Shown here: piece after piece, positions 9,513-19,398 of the stretch | Numbering within the stretch: the first letter of the stretch is position 1 | Layout of the letters: every line of letters begins with the position of its first letter | Origin: Armatimonadota bacterium | Lineage (GTDB): Bacteria > Armatimonadota > Fimbriimonadia > Fimbriimonadales > Fimbriimonadaceae | Assembly (NCBI GenBank): GCA_016223145.1 | Contig: JACRPN010000006.1 | Coordinates: 120,211 to 184,210, forward strand | DNA: 64,000 bases | Direction: 5' to 3' | The notes under the pieces: model-generated | Told to the model about the DNA's origin: nothing | What the model saw: the letters and a program-made list of their open reading frames with translations, nothing else | Database searches by the model: none | Position numbers and translations under genes: made by a program

Positions 9513-9950
9513 GTGGTTTGTCCTCGTTGCGGCCGACAAAATGAGCCCCACAACCTCTTCTGCGGAAGGTGCGGGCTGGAGTTTGCGAAGGTCGAGCAGC
9601 CATCAGATAACGCCTCCGACGCCAGGCCCTGCTCGCGCCATCCGCGCGAAATGACCGTCCTATCCTGCGGAAAGTGCGGCGTGGCGATCTGTTACCGCTG
9701 CGTGGTCATCGGCCCCGCGGGTCCACGCTGCAAGGGTTGCGCCCGGAACAAGCTGCCAATCTCAGCCAGAACGGTGGCCGGAGAAGCCAAGATCGGCTTC
9801 CGCCGGCTATTCCAGGCGGGGCCTTTCGTGATCTACTGGTGGATCGTCATCATCGTGCTGGGCGTGAGCCTGGTGCGAGGGTGCGCCTCGATGACAAGAG
9901 GTAACGATAGCCCGCCTTCACGATATTCTCGCGATCAGGCCGGCGAGTAG
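9513..9950 (+). CDS. zinc-ribbon domain protein with C-terminal TM segment (hypothetical)
   Basis: Two CxxC...CxxC units (CPRCG...CGRCG; CGKCG...CYRC...CKGC) followed by hydrophobic FVIYWWIVIIVLGVSL. Confidence 0.4.
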   Translation: MVCPRCGRQNEPHNLFCGRCGLEFAKVEQPSDNASDARPCSRHPREMTVLSCGKCGVAICYRCVVIGPAGPRCKGCARNKLPISARTVAGEAKIGFRRLFQAGPFVIYWWIVIIVLGVSLVRGCASMTRGNDSPPSRYSRDQAGE

Positions 9951-10087
9951 GGGCAAACCCAGGTGTGCCTCGAAGGCATGGCTGAAGGCTGAGAATCCCG
10001 AAGGGCGAGGGCCAAGCTCAGGTAGCACAAAGCCCGTTGCGCATCTCCTTTGCGCAACGGGCAATCTCCGTGAGGAGAGGCTTGTGC

Positions 10088-10828
10088 TTACTTTCGGCGG
10101 CGTCGTGCGAGGGCAGCGACGGCGAGGCCGAGGACCGCGATCGTTGCGGGCTCAGGCACGGCCAGGATCTCATAGCGCGAGGTGCCACCGGCGAGGTCCA
10201 TCGCAGAGAGATCGAAGTCCCAAACGGCGTGCATATCACTGACCGCTCCGGCCACAGGAGCCCAGCCATAGTTGGCCGATTGAGTGGCGGAGCCGCCGGC
10301 ACTCACAGAGAACGGCGAGATCATCGACTGGAACAGACTTCCAGGCATTCCGTTGTAGCGGGCAAAAAAGCTGTCGCCGCCACGGGAATCGCCGAATGAG
10401 GCGCCGTCCTGGTCGAAGTCCGTGATCGTCACACCGGCGCTCGTCTGGCCCACCGCGTTCGAGATGGTCGGGAAGCTGAGCAGAGCGGACGAAATCGTGA
10501 AGTGCGTCGTCGTGGCGCCGGCAAACACCGCGTACCCAATGGCAACGACAGGGTCGTTGACGTAGCGGGCATAGCCGCTGCTGAGCGTGGCGATCGTGAC
10601 GCCCTCGGCGTTCTTGATGTCGACCGACTGAGCCAACGACCACGAATTCGTATAGTTGTTGGGATCGAAGCCGGCCTGCTCTCGGGTCACCTCGAAGGTG
10701 CCGGTGCCGAGGCTGTTGGTGGCCGTGACTTTGAAGATCACGTTGCCGAAGTCGGCGCTGGCGGCAGCGGCCAGAGACGCAAAAGCGAGAATAGCGATAT
10801 TGGTACGAAGCAAGCGAGTATTCACCAT
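10088..10828 (-). CDS. PEP-CTERM sorting-domain secreted protein
   Basis: Signal peptide; C-terminus VPEPATIAVLGLAVAALARRRRK (PEP motif + TM + basic tail); strong SD (GGGGAGG) before ATG 10828. Confidence 0.8.
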   Translation of the reverse strand: MVNTRLLRTNIAILAFASLAAAASADFGNVIFKVTATNSLGTGTFEVTREQAGFDPNNYTNSWSLAQSVDIKNAEGVTIATLSSGYARYVNDPVVAIGYAVFAGATTTHFTISSALLSFPTISNAVGQTSAGVTITDFDQDGASFGDSRGGDSFFARYNGMPGSLFQSMISPFSVSAGGSATQSANYGWAPVAGAVSDMHAVWDFDLSAMDLAGGTSRYEILAVPEPATIAVLGLAVAALARRRRK

Positions 10829-11000
10829 GTCCTCCCCACGAAACGATCAATTCGAGCGCACACCCATTGATGTGCTATCTCGTGAGGTCAAGTATACGGG
10901 ACAATCGCCAGATCCGACCTAGCAAAAGTTCCGGGTTTGAGTCACAAAAACGCGACTGAGCGTCCCGGAACCAGAGAGTTCCTAAGCAAGTTTGCGGGGA

Positions 11001-11741
11001 TCAGCGCCGCCGCCGCAGACAGCCCACGAATCCGAGAGCAAGGGCCGCGAGCATTGACGGCTCCGGAACCGGCAACACCTCGTACCGGGAGGTTCCGCCA
11101 GCAAAGTCGAACGACGACAAGCGGAAGTCCCAATGTGCCGTCATGTCGCTCACCGGTGCTCCGACGTTGACCCAACCGTAGTTGTCGTTGTGCGTCAGCG
11201 AGCCGTTTGCACCAACCCCAAAAGAAGCCAGAGCCGAATGAAACTCAGAGCCAGGCACACCGTTGTAGAGCGCGCGATAAGAATTCGTTCCGGAGGCGCT
11301 GCCAGTGAAGCTGGCCGTATCGCCCAAGACGTCGGTCACCGTGACTCCGGCGCTCGTCTGGCCCGTGGGGTTGGCGATCGTTGCGAACGACATCGTTGCC
11401 GACCAAATCGAGAAGTGCGTCGTCGAGGCGCCTGCTCCCACCGAAAAACCGAGGCTGATCAGAGGGTCGTTGGAATAGTAGATGACCGCGCCCATCAACG
11501 TGGCGATGATCTCTTGAGCGTCGTTCCTGATGTCAACCTGCTCAGGCAGCGACCAGAAGTAGCCCTGTCCCGAGTTGGTCACATATTGGGAATCGTATTG
11601 AGCCTCAAAGGAGCCGGTGCCGGCAGCGTTGGAGGCAATGACCTTGAACATGGGCCCGCCGAAGTCGGCATAGGACAACGCCGTCAAAGCGGACAAGGAC
11701 GCGACGAAAAATAGCGAACGAACCGAGCGCAAATACACCAT
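11001..11741 (-). CDS. PEP-CTERM sorting-domain secreted protein, tandem paralog of 10088..10828
   Basis: C-terminus VPEPSMLAALALGFVGCLRRRR; long collinear similarity with the neighbor (FKVIASNAAGTGSFE / FKVTATNSLGTGTFE, TTHFSI / TTHFTI, TSAGVTVTD / TSAGVTITD); ATG 11741 preceded by a GAGGAAG SD. Confidence 0.8.
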   Translation of the reverse strand: MVYLRSVRSLFFVASLSALTALSYADFGGPMFKVIASNAAGTGSFEAQYDSQYVTNSGQGYFWSLPEQVDIRNDAQEIIATLMGAVIYYSNDPLISLGFSVGAGASTTHFSIWSATMSFATIANPTGQTSAGVTVTDVLGDTASFTGSASGTNSYRALYNGVPGSEFHSALASFGVGANGSLTHNDNYGWVNVGAPVSDMTAHWDFRLSSFDFAGGTSRYEVLPVPEPSMLAALALGFVGCLRRRR

Positions 11742-11957
11742 CTTCCTCACCACCCAATCAAACAGGGAGCAACCCAAAGCGGCTGCAACCCAGCAATATT
11801 GACAGTATAACCCGAACTTGCCAAGATAGACCTGGCAAAAATATCAGTTGTACTGGTCAAATTGCCTGGGTTGTGCCTGAACTGCCGGAACTCTGAAGGG
11901 TCCCAGATACAGCCGCGCCTGGAACTTTCCGAGCCAAAAGTGGCATCTAATAAGGTC

Positions 11958-12407
11958 ATGCGACCAACCAAAATCCTGACGGTCCTCGTGCTCGCCTCGC
12001 TCGCCACGCTTTCTCTTGCGACGGAGGGCCTAAAGTGGCTGACGTCCTACAGCGAAGCGGTGAAGATCTCAAAAAAGACGAAGAAGCCGATCCTCGCCGA
12101 CTTCACCGGGAGCGACTGGTGCACCTGGTGCATCAGGCTGCACAAAGAGGTGTTTGACCAGCCCGAGTTCGCGAAGTGGGCGAAAAAGAACGTCGTTCTT
12201 CTTGAGCTCGACTACCCGCAGTCGAAGCCTCAGCCCGCCGCCATCAAGAAGCAGAACTCCGAACTGCAGCAAAAGTACCAGATCGAGGGCTATCCGACCG
12301 TGCTCTTTCTCGACCACACCGGAAAGGTGCTCGGGCAGTACGGCTATGATCGAGGCGGCCCCCCCGTTTGGATCAAGAAAGCCAATGAAATGATCAAGGG
12401 CAAATAG
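11958..12407 (+). CDS. thioredoxin-fold protein (thiol:disulfide oxidoreductase-like), secreted
   Basis: Signal peptide MRPTKILTVLVLASLATLSLA; CTWC redox motif in GSDWCTWCIRLHKEV; 149 aa. Confidence 0.7.
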   Translation: MRPTKILTVLVLASLATLSLATEGLKWLTSYSEAVKISKKTKKPILADFTGSDWCTWCIRLHKEVFDQPEFAKWAKKNVVLLELDYPQSKPQPAAIKKQNSELQQKYQIEGYPTVLFLDHTGKVLGQYGYDRGGPPVWIKKANEMIKGK

Positions 12408-12440
12408 GACTGGGTTGGACCAGTGAAAACCTGGAAAAGG

Positions 12441-12476
12441 GGCTCGCTTGGCGTCTGCCGGCGAGCCCCCTTCATT
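12441..12476 (+). terminator. rho-independent terminator candidate downstream of the thioredoxin-fold gene
   Basis: GGGGCTCGC-N-GCGAGCCCC hairpin followed by CTTCATTTGTC. Confidence 0.45.
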
Positions 12477-12607
12477 TGTCGGCGCACCCAAAAGGAAACG
12501 GAGGAAGAACCTGTTGCCCGGGCGTCCCAAATGGGGGCCTGCAGGTCAGCGCCTTGAGTTCCCCGCGCCAAAACAGCACTTCCAAAAGGCCCAAACGGCT
12601 GCCGGCC

Positions 12608-13996
12608 TTACAGCGCCAGGCTCCCCATCGGGTCCCAGGGAGGTAGCACCACCGGCGTCCTCTGAAGGGCCCTTAACGACTTCTTCGGCACGTACTTGGT
12701 CTGAACTACGACCTCGAAGTTGTAATCGTCGAACCAGCGATCGCTCATCTGGTAGAACCCTTTGTCGCCGCCTTTGTCCGACCAGGAGTTCTCGATTCGC
12801 CAGCGGTTGGGCTTCCCGGTGTCGTTCAGGTCCACGCCGGTAAAAACCATCGCGTGGTTCATGGCGGAGTGTCCGTACATCAGCCGGCCCGCTTTGTCCA
12901 AGCCGGCCGACCCGTCCCAGCCATAGGTCTGGGAGTAATCAAAGAGTCCAGGGCACATCGCGCCAGAATCTCGATCCAGGAACTTTCCCACGTCGCAGCC
13001 GAACCACACCGGCTCGCCATCCTTGAGCTGTTGAATGGCAGCGGCCTTCATCGTTTCAAGGTCGACGTTAAGGTAAAGCACAGGCGATCCGCCGGTTACA
13101 TTGCCAAGGTATTGAACCGTGTAGACCTCGTCGAACCGGTGCATGGGCCTCGGATCATGGATGAGGCAAACCGTCGCCTCGAGGTCGATGTTCACAAATT
13201 TCTTGTAGAAGCCTTGAGGCGTGATCGTCCCGGAGCGATGGAAGTTGCGGTCCTTGTCGCGCCACTGCCAGTGAAACGTCTCCGGTGGGACGCCGAGGTG
13301 CATGCACAGCATCCGGTAGATCTCGGCCATCATGGCATCCTTTCGCGTCCGAAGCTTCGCCTGAGTTTTGGCGTCGCTCTTCCCGCCGGCACCCTCTCGA
13401 AGCTCCTTGGCGAAAGTCCTCAGCCGCTCAGTAACGAAGTGGTTCATTAGGCCCGTGTTTGAGCTGGAGTCGGTCTCGGGCATCACCGACTTGGGCACGA
13501 CGCCGTGCTTCCGGATCACGTTCGTGAACATGTGCCACTGGCCGCCGTCCTGGATCGGCGCCGCGAGGAGATAATCGAGGACCCGGCTGCCAACCGGTTC
13601 CTCCAAGGTCACGAGGATGTTCTCCAGAAAGTAGTTTGCCTTCTCCAACTTGTCCCAGAAGCAGACGTGCGCCTGGCTCAGCTCAAACTCCTCCCCCAGC
13701 TTCATCTCGGCGATGGCTTTGACCCTGAACGTGTTCAGCGCCGCAAATATCCAGCACCTGCCGCTGGAGTTCTGAGCCGTGGCCTTGTTCTCGGGGAGGT
13801 GAACGCTGAAGCTGTTGTCGAGGGCACAGACCGCGGCCCGGTTGAGCGCGACCTTGTTCACCGGCGTCGTGGTGATTGCGTTCATGGATTGCCGGTTGCG
13901 GGCTTCGCGCTCGAATTCCTTGCGATAGCGGGCAAGTGAGGCGCTATCGAGCACGCCCGGAAGGGAAGGCGGAGTCTGGCTCTTTTGGGCTGGCAT
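12608..13996 (-). CDS. pepC: aminopeptidase C / bleomycin hydrolase (peptidase C1B)
   Basis: Papain-fold active-site Cys in QNSSGRCWIFAALN; conserved His/Asn region (NHAMVFTGVD, ENSWS); about 463 aa from ATG 13996. Confidence 0.8.
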   Translation of the reverse strand: MPAQKSQTPPSLPGVLDSASLARYRKEFEREARNRQSMNAITTTPVNKVALNRAAVCALDNSFSVHLPENKATAQNSSGRCWIFAALNTFRVKAIAEMKLGEEFELSQAHVCFWDKLEKANYFLENILVTLEEPVGSRVLDYLLAAPIQDGGQWHMFTNVIRKHGVVPKSVMPETDSSSNTGLMNHFVTERLRTFAKELREGAGGKSDAKTQAKLRTRKDAMMAEIYRMLCMHLGVPPETFHWQWRDKDRNFHRSGTITPQGFYKKFVNIDLEATVCLIHDPRPMHRFDEVYTVQYLGNVTGGSPVLYLNVDLETMKAAAIQQLKDGEPVWFGCDVGKFLDRDSGAMCPGLFDYSQTYGWDGSAGLDKAGRLMYGHSAMNHAMVFTGVDLNDTGKPNRWRIENSWSDKGGDKGFYQMSDRWFDDYNFEVVVQTKYVPKKSLRALQRTPVVLPPWDPMGSLAL

Positions 13997-14061
13997 AGAA
14001 CCCAATTCTGTCACGTCTGGTTTTGTCCTGCCCGGGCCCCCCTTTGGAAGCAGCCCTGCGT

Positions 14062-14451
14062 CTAGGAGCGAGCCGCCCGCTCCATCGCCTTGAGCCGCAA
14101 GAAAATGAGAAAGCTGCTTAGGGCGATGCCCGACAACGGCACGGTTACCGCATAGAGCCACATCGCCTCGAAGGGCGACTCGACGTGCTGGTTCATGGTC
14201 AAGTAGTAGAAAAGAGCCAGGTCCACCAAGACGGCCAGCGAGTAAGCCTTGCGGAAAGCGCTCAACCCGACCAGCGCAACCATCTTGTCCACCCATCCAT
14301 AGGCCTTCGACTCAAGGAGCCAGTTGATAAACCCGACGCAGATTCCCAGGAGGATGGCCCGACGCCCAAGGTCCGTCCCGCTATCGAGCGCTACGGCGGT
14401 GAACCCGGCCCCCACACACAGAACGCGAAGCGTCACCAAAATGGGCTTCAT
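14062..14451 (-). CDS. small integral membrane protein (hypothetical)
   Basis: 129 aa, four predicted TM helices; no recognisable motif. Confidence 0.4.
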   Translation of the reverse strand: MKPILVTLRVLCVGAGFTAVALDSGTDLGRRAILLGICVGFINWLLESKAYGWVDKMVALVGLSAFRKAYSLAVLVDLALFYYLTMNQHVESPFEAMWLYAVTVPLSGIALSSFLIFLRLKAMERAARS

Positions 14452-14479
14452 GACCTAATCGTCGGTTGCGCGCATGCGC

Positions 14480-15355
14480 CTACACCGAAACGGCGGCAGA
14501 ACCGAGCGACGCCAAGGCCCGGTCGACAACGGATTTCTCCTGGGGCTCCAACTCGACCAGAGGCAATCGGACCAACTCGCAATCGAATCCCGATCGGCTC
14601 AACGCGTACTTGACCGGCACAGGGCTCGGCGCGCTGAAGAGCGCACGGAAGACCGGCGTCAGGCGGTGGTGCAGGCGCGCCGCCTTCTGAGGGTCTCCGC
14701 CGAGGAATGTCGTGATCATGTCGCGGATCTCTGCGCCGACCACGTGGGCCGCGACGCTCACCAGGCCATAGCCCCCCACGCTGAGGATCGGCACGGTCAA
14801 GCCGTCGTCGCCCGAGTAGACGCGAAAGCCCTCCGGCGCTTCACGGCAGACGTCTCCGATCTGGGCGAGGTTGCCGCTGGCCTCTTTGACCGCAACGATG
14901 TTCCTGATTTGGGCCAGCTTGAGCAGCGTCGGCGTCTCCAGGTTGATCGCCGACCGGGGCATGATGTTGTAGAGCATCACCGGTAGGCTGGTCTCCTGGG
15001 CAATGGTCGAAAAATGGGCGTAGAGCCCCGCCTGCCCAGGACGCGAATAGTAGGGATTGACGAGCATGATCCCGTGAGCGCCGCGTTTCTCGGCCTCGCG
15101 CGTCATCACCACCGATTCGGCCGTGTCATAGGTTCCCGCCCCAAAGATGATTGCGGCTCGATCGCCGACCGCTTCCAAAACGACCTCGAGGAGCTGCAGC
15201 TTCTCACCTTCATCGAGGGTGGGGGACTCGCCCGTCGTGCCGCTTACGACGATCCCATCGTTCCTCTGGGTCTCCACAAGGTGCTTGGCGACGCGTTTGG
15301 CCTCTTCGAAGTTGACCGAGCCGTCTGGTTTGAACGGCGTGAGCATGGCTGTCAT
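14480..15355 (-). CDS. dapA: 4-hydroxy-tetrahydrodipicolinate synthase
   Basis: TPF...GTTGES motif, active-site Lys region IVAVKEASGN, about 291 aa; start at MTAML preceded by GGGGCAGG SD (ORF-track first ATG at 15394 is probably upstream of the real start). Confidence 0.85.
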   Translation of the reverse strand: MTAMLTPFKPDGSVNFEEAKRVAKHLVETQRNDGIVVSGTTGESPTLDEGEKLQLLEVVLEAVGDRAAIIFGAGTYDTAESVVMTREAEKRGAHGIMLVNPYYSRPGQAGLYAHFSTIAQETSLPVMLYNIMPRSAINLETPTLLKLAQIRNIVAVKEASGNLAQIGDVCREAPEGFRVYSGDDGLTVPILSVGGYGLVSVAAHVVGAEIRDMITTFLGGDPQKAARLHHRLTPVFRALFSAPSPVPVKYALSRSGFDCELVRLPLVELEPQEKSVVDRALASLGSAAVSV

Positions 15356-15490
15356 CAGCCTGCCCCAATCTCTCTGTCCGAAGAATGCTCCCATGGTTAT
15401 GCCTCGCCTGGCGTGTTGTACCTAAGGGATACGTCAAAAAGCCCCAGCGCGTGTTCGCGCTGGGGCTATCGTGCCGCTATTCCGATCGGC

Positions 15491-16168
15491 CTACCTCTTG
15501 CGGCGGCGCAAGGCGAGGCCCATGCCTCCAAGAGCCAGCACCGCAATGCCGCTCGGCTCAGGCACCAGTACGCAGTGGGTGCCAAAGCACATCTCCTCAA
15601 GGAAGATGATGCCAGGATGATACTGGCCTGTGGCATCTGTGAATCCGGCGCCCATGCCGAATGCCTCCCATTCCGGCTGTGGGAAGAAGCTGCCTTCCAT
15701 GGTCCAGCGCCAGCGCGTGCCGTCGCCGTTCAGGTCCTCGAAGGCAACGGTGCCCCAAGCCTCCAGCTGGGTGTTTGCATACGACATCCATGCGTAGATG
15801 TTTCCGTCGTACCTGAAGGTGAACTGCATCCAAAACAGCTTTCGGCGGTCTGGGTCGAATCGATTGGCAATCCGGAACCCGAACTCGCTCTGCTCGGCCG
15901 TTCCGTCCGAGCCGGTACCGTCGATGATGATGTCGTGGCCGTCCCAGAAGACGTCGCCAAACCCTGTTGGCTGGGGCAAGCCGTAGGGATTGAGCCCCAC
16001 AGAATCAAAGTACGGGTCGGCTGGGTTCTCAAAATCCCAGCAAGCGCTGGTCGTTGAGCCGTCATCGATTCCCCACCAACTGGGAAATCCCTGGGCGAAA
16101 GCGCCCGTCGCCAGTCCACAAACCAGCAACCCTGCTGCGCACCGAAGTGCGGTGATCTGCTTATTCAT
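15491..16168 (-). CDS. PEP-CTERM sorting-domain secreted protein
   Basis: Signal peptide MNKQITALRCAAGLLVCGLATGAFA; C-terminus VPEPSGIAVLALGGMGLALRRRKR; AAGGAG SD before ATG 16168. Confidence 0.75.
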   Translation of the reverse strand: MNKQITALRCAAGLLVCGLATGAFAQGFPSWWGIDDGSTTSACWDFENPADPYFDSVGLNPYGLPQPTGFGDVFWDGHDIIIDGTGSDGTAEQSEFGFRIANRFDPDRRKLFWMQFTFRYDGNIYAWMSYANTQLEAWGTVAFEDLNGDGTRWRWTMEGSFFPQPEWEAFGMGAGFTDATGQYHPGIIFLEEMCFGTHCVLVPEPSGIAVLALGGMGLALRRRKR

Positions 16169-16311
16169 TTTTGTGCTCCTTTGAGTAAATGGCCCCTCTT
16201 GCGAGGGTCGCAAGCCGCCCTCAACGCGTACTTGCGTTAGAGTTCAGTGGCAGGGTAACACGACCTGTCAAAAATACCAAGGAATCGTGACTAGTATATT
16301 TGCTGGTTCTG

Positions 16312-17025
16312 CTATCCCTCGTGAGTCGCGATGAACACGAACAAAAGGCTCCACGCGGCTTCGGCGATCATCGTGAAGCAGAATTGCAGGTTCACAGGCA
16401 TCGAATAGGAACAGCACAGCACAGGAGTCCAGAACGCCCAACAAGGGAGGAGGGCTGGAAGCACCTTGTCGCGGTAGAAGGTCGGGCTCAACTCGGCCAA
16501 GAGCGCCCTTGCGGCGAATCCCCGCTTGTACCATTCAAAAAGCAGCACCGCCGTCGGGATCGAGATGATCGTCGAGAACAGCGCCATATCGACGAGCGTC
16601 TTCAGCAGAAATGTCCGGGTGTCGGTGCCGCTGCCGATCCAAAGGGCCAGGAATTGGTAGAACAGGTCCACCTGAACGGCCACGATCCCGTAGACCAAGC
16701 CTGTGAAGGCCACTTTGCCGAGCCAAGCCCGGTCAAACCGTCTGAGTTTCCCCGTGGCGAGCTTGGCCGCCTCTGGAATCAGGCTGCAGGCCAAAAAGCC
16801 GACGACAAAAGCGAAAGGCAGCCCACCGCGCGTCTTGATACGGGCAAGCTCATCCGCAAGGGCCTGGAGCGAAGCGGAATGGTAATAGGTGATGACCAGG
16901 CCCAGTGCGGCAGCCTGGATCAAAAGGAACGCCTGCCAATGGCCGCGGACCGCTAAGAGCCCTGGCCTCAGGGCGCCGCGCAGCGTCCAGGGTACTTCAT
17001 GAGAGGGAGAAGTCGAGGTGGACAC
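16312..17025 (-). CDS. polytopic membrane protein (hypothetical)
   Basis: 237 aa, about 6 TM segments; no confident family assignment. Confidence 0.45.
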   Translation of the reverse strand: MSTSTSPSHEVPWTLRGALRPGLLAVRGHWQAFLLIQAAALGLVITYYHSASLQALADELARIKTRGGLPFAFVVGFLACSLIPEAAKLATGKLRRFDRAWLGKVAFTGLVYGIVAVQVDLFYQFLALWIGSGTDTRTFLLKTLVDMALFSTIISIPTAVLLFEWYKRGFAARALLAELSPTFYRDKVLPALLPCWAFWTPVLCCSYSMPVNLQFCFTMIAEAAWSLLFVFIATHEG

Positions 17026-17058
17026 CGCACCCCCAAGTATGAAGCCTGAAGCCTCCGG

Positions 17059-17370
17059 TTAGCTCTCGATGCGTTCGCTGATGGGTTCGGGCTGTGGTGG
17101 GAGAGAACTGGACCGCCTCATTTCCTCAAAGTGAAGGATCTGTGAGTTCATCCGGTCTTTAAGCATGGCCATTTCCGCTTCGATTCGGCCCAATCTCTCG
17201 TGGAGCCCGGCGTCTCCAGTTTGGTTCCTATGAACCAGTTCGGCCATGAACTTCTGGTGGCGAAGCAGCATGGCGACCACCGGCAGCACCACGAACATCC
17301 CGATGCCCAGTACCATCGGGGCGATGACATCCCAATCAATAGGGGCTGCAAGTAATTGCGAAGGAGGCAT
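17059..17370 (-). CDS. small membrane-anchored protein with coiled-coil (hypothetical)
   Basis: 103 aa; one TM segment then an amphipathic stretch. Confidence 0.35.
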   Translation of the reverse strand: MPPSQLLAAPIDWDVIAPMVLGIGMFVVLPVVAMLLRHQKFMAELVHRNQTGDAGLHERLGRIEAEMAMLKDRMNSQILHFEEMRRSSSLPPQPEPISERIES

Positions 17371-17443
17371 GGACCCACTATCTTACAACCTGGAGACTAG
17401 GAAGACCAATGAGGACCCGGGCCCTGGAGCGAGCGGCCACCCG

Positions 17444-18118
17444 CTAATGAAGGCCCATAACAGCCTCGACCACTTCCTCGATCGTCATGCCACTGGTGTC
17501 GAGGACAATCGCGCCCTCGGCAACCTGAAGCGGGCTGTCCTCGCGGGTCGAATCGCGATGGTCCCGGGTCGCGATCATCTCCTCGACCTCCAGAAGCGTG
17601 ATGCCCGGTTGCTTTGCCTGAAACTCGGCGAGGCGGCGCTTGGCGCGAGTCCGAAGATCGGCAGTGAGGTACACCTTGACCTCGGCGTTCGGCGCGACCA
17701 CCGTGGTCGTGTCCCGACCCTCAAGCGTGACGCCTCCGTGGGACACGATCTCTTTCTGAAGGCGGACCAGCTCCCTGCGCACAGCCGAATGCGCGCTGAG
17801 CGCAGAAGCCAGCTCACCGATCTCGGGCGTGCGGATCGCCTCCGACACGTCCTCGCCGTTCAGTAGGACGCGTTGCGCCCCAATGCCTCCGCCATCTGCT
17901 GGGGGCTCTGCAAAGTCGATGCTTATGGACCTGGCGATTTCAGAAGCCGGCCCCCCATCGTCCTTGCCAAAGCCCTGGCGCGAAGCCGCCAAAGCAACGC
18001 ACCGGTACATCGCCCCGGTGTCCAGATAGCGCAGATGAAGCCGCTTTGCCAGGAGCATCGCAACCGTCGACTTTCCCGCTCCCGCTGGGCCATCGATGGC
18101 GATGACGATAGGCTTCAT
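17444..18118 (-). CDS. cmk: cytidylate kinase
   Basis: MKPIVIAIDGPAGAGKSTVAMLLAKRLHLRYLDTGAMYR P-loop and CMP-binding signature; stop overlaps the aroA region. Confidence 0.85.
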   Translation of the reverse strand: MKPIVIAIDGPAGAGKSTVAMLLAKRLHLRYLDTGAMYRCVALAASRQGFGKDDGGPASEIARSISIDFAEPPADGGGIGAQRVLLNGEDVSEAIRTPEIGELASALSAHSAVRRELVRLQKEIVSHGGVTLEGRDTTTVVAPNAEVKVYLTADLRTRAKRRLAEFQAKQPGITLLEVEEMIATRDHRDSTREDSPLQVAEGAIVLDTSGMTIEEVVEAVMGLH

Positions 18119-19398
18119 GATTGCAGCCTCGCGAGGTCGTCGAGGAAGTTTGGGTAGCTGGTTGCGATACTTTCGGCGCCTTCGATGGCGGTCTCACCTT
18201 CAGCAATCAGACCTGCGATGGCAAAGGCCATCGCGATGCGGTGGTCACCGTCGGCTTGGATTCTCGTTCCGCTAAGCGGGGCCGGACCCTCGATGGCCAT
18301 GCCGTCATCCAGAGCTTCGATCTTGGCGCCCATCGACCTCAGACCCTCCACCACCTTCGCGATGCGGTCGCTCTCTTTAACCTTAAGCTCCCTCGCGTCC
18401 CGAATGACGCTCTCCCCGTGAAGCTGTGTGGCAAGCACTGCGAGTACGGGGATCTCGTCGATAAGGCGCGGAACCAACTCCCCCTCGATCCGAAACCCCT
18501 TGCCTTCGCCATGGAGTACCTCGAGGTCTGCCACTGGCTCGCCGAGGGCCTCCGCGAGGAGCGCCTGTCCGATGGGAAGCCCGGCTTGCCCAAAGACGTC
18601 GAGAACCCCCGTTCGGGTCGGATTGACGCCAATACCTGCCAGCCGCACTGACGATCCGGCGACCATCGCCGCCGCCACCAACCAGAAGGCAGCGCTCGAA
18701 ATGTCCCCCGGCACAGAGAGTTGAAACCCTGAGGGTCGAGACCAGCCTTTGACTCCGACTCGGTGCCCGCCCTGAGCCAAGATCTCGGAGGAAACCTCAA
18801 CTCCACACGCCCTCAGCATCCGCTCGGTGTGGTCGCGGCTCAACGTGGGCTCGGTAACCCAAGTTTGGCCTTGCGCCCTAAGCCCCGCCAAGAGCACGCA
18901 GCTCTTGATCTGTGCGCTGGCGACGGGGCTCTGATAGTCGATGGCTTTCAGCTCGCCGGAACCCGCAACCCGCAAAGGGGGCACGTCGCCATACACCTTG
19001 GCGCCCATCAGCCTCAATGGTTCGGCAATTCGCTTCATTGGGCGCCGGCTGAGCGAGGCGTCCCCGACCAGAGTGACGTCGATCGGGTACGAAGCTACGA
19101 TCCCGCTGAGAAGCCGCATCGTGGTGCCGCTGTTGCCGCAATCGAGTTCGCCCTCGGGTTGCATCAGCGCTGGCAGAGGAAAGACCTTTCTGGCGCGGCC
19201 AACAGACTCGATCCTTGCCCCAAGCGCCTCCATGCATCGGACCGTGGACTCACAGTCCTCTCCCGTCAACGGGTTCGAGATCTCCGAAGGCCCATCCGCA
19301 ATCGAAGCGAACATATACGCGCGATGGGTGAGGGACTTGTCGGATGGGGGGCGGATCTCGCCCCGAAGCGGTCCCGAACGCTGGACGACGAGCCTCAA
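18115..19398 (-). CDS. aroA: 3-phosphoshikimate 1-carboxyvinyltransferase (EPSP synthase)
   Basis: EPSP synthase motifs (PSDKSLTHRA, LGNSGTTMRLL, GDHRIAMAFAIAGL); probable TTG start at 19398 overlapping the tyrA stop (TTGA); the ORF-track 5' extension to 19563 overlaps tyrA. Confidence 0.85.
   Translation of the reverse strand: MRLVVQRSGPLRGEIRPPSDKSLTHRAYMFASIADGPSEISNPLTGEDCESTVRCMEALGARIESVGRARKVFPLPALMQPEGELDCGNSGTTMRLLSGIVASYPIDVTLVGDASLSRRPMKRIAEPLRLMGAKVYGDVPPLRVAGSGELKAIDYQSPVASAQIKSCVLLAGLRAQGQTWVTEPTLSRDHTERMLRACGVEVSSEILAQGGHRVGVKGWSRPSGFQLSVPGDISSAAFWLVAAAMVAGSSVRLAGIGVNPTRTGVLDVFGQAGLPIGQALLAEALGEPVADLEVLHGEGKGFRIEGELVPRLIDEIPVLAVLATQLHGESVIRDARELKVKESDRIAKVVEGLRSMGAKIEALDDGMAIEGPAPLSGTRIQADGDHRIAMAFAIAGLIAEGETAIEGAESIATSYPNFLDDLARLQS

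Noticed and set aside
16312-17025. Membrane protein next to a PEP-CTERM gene as the exosortase
   Set aside because: Size (237 aa) and the lack of an identifiable conserved Cys/Arg/His catalytic triad pattern do not support EpsH; kept as hypothetical.
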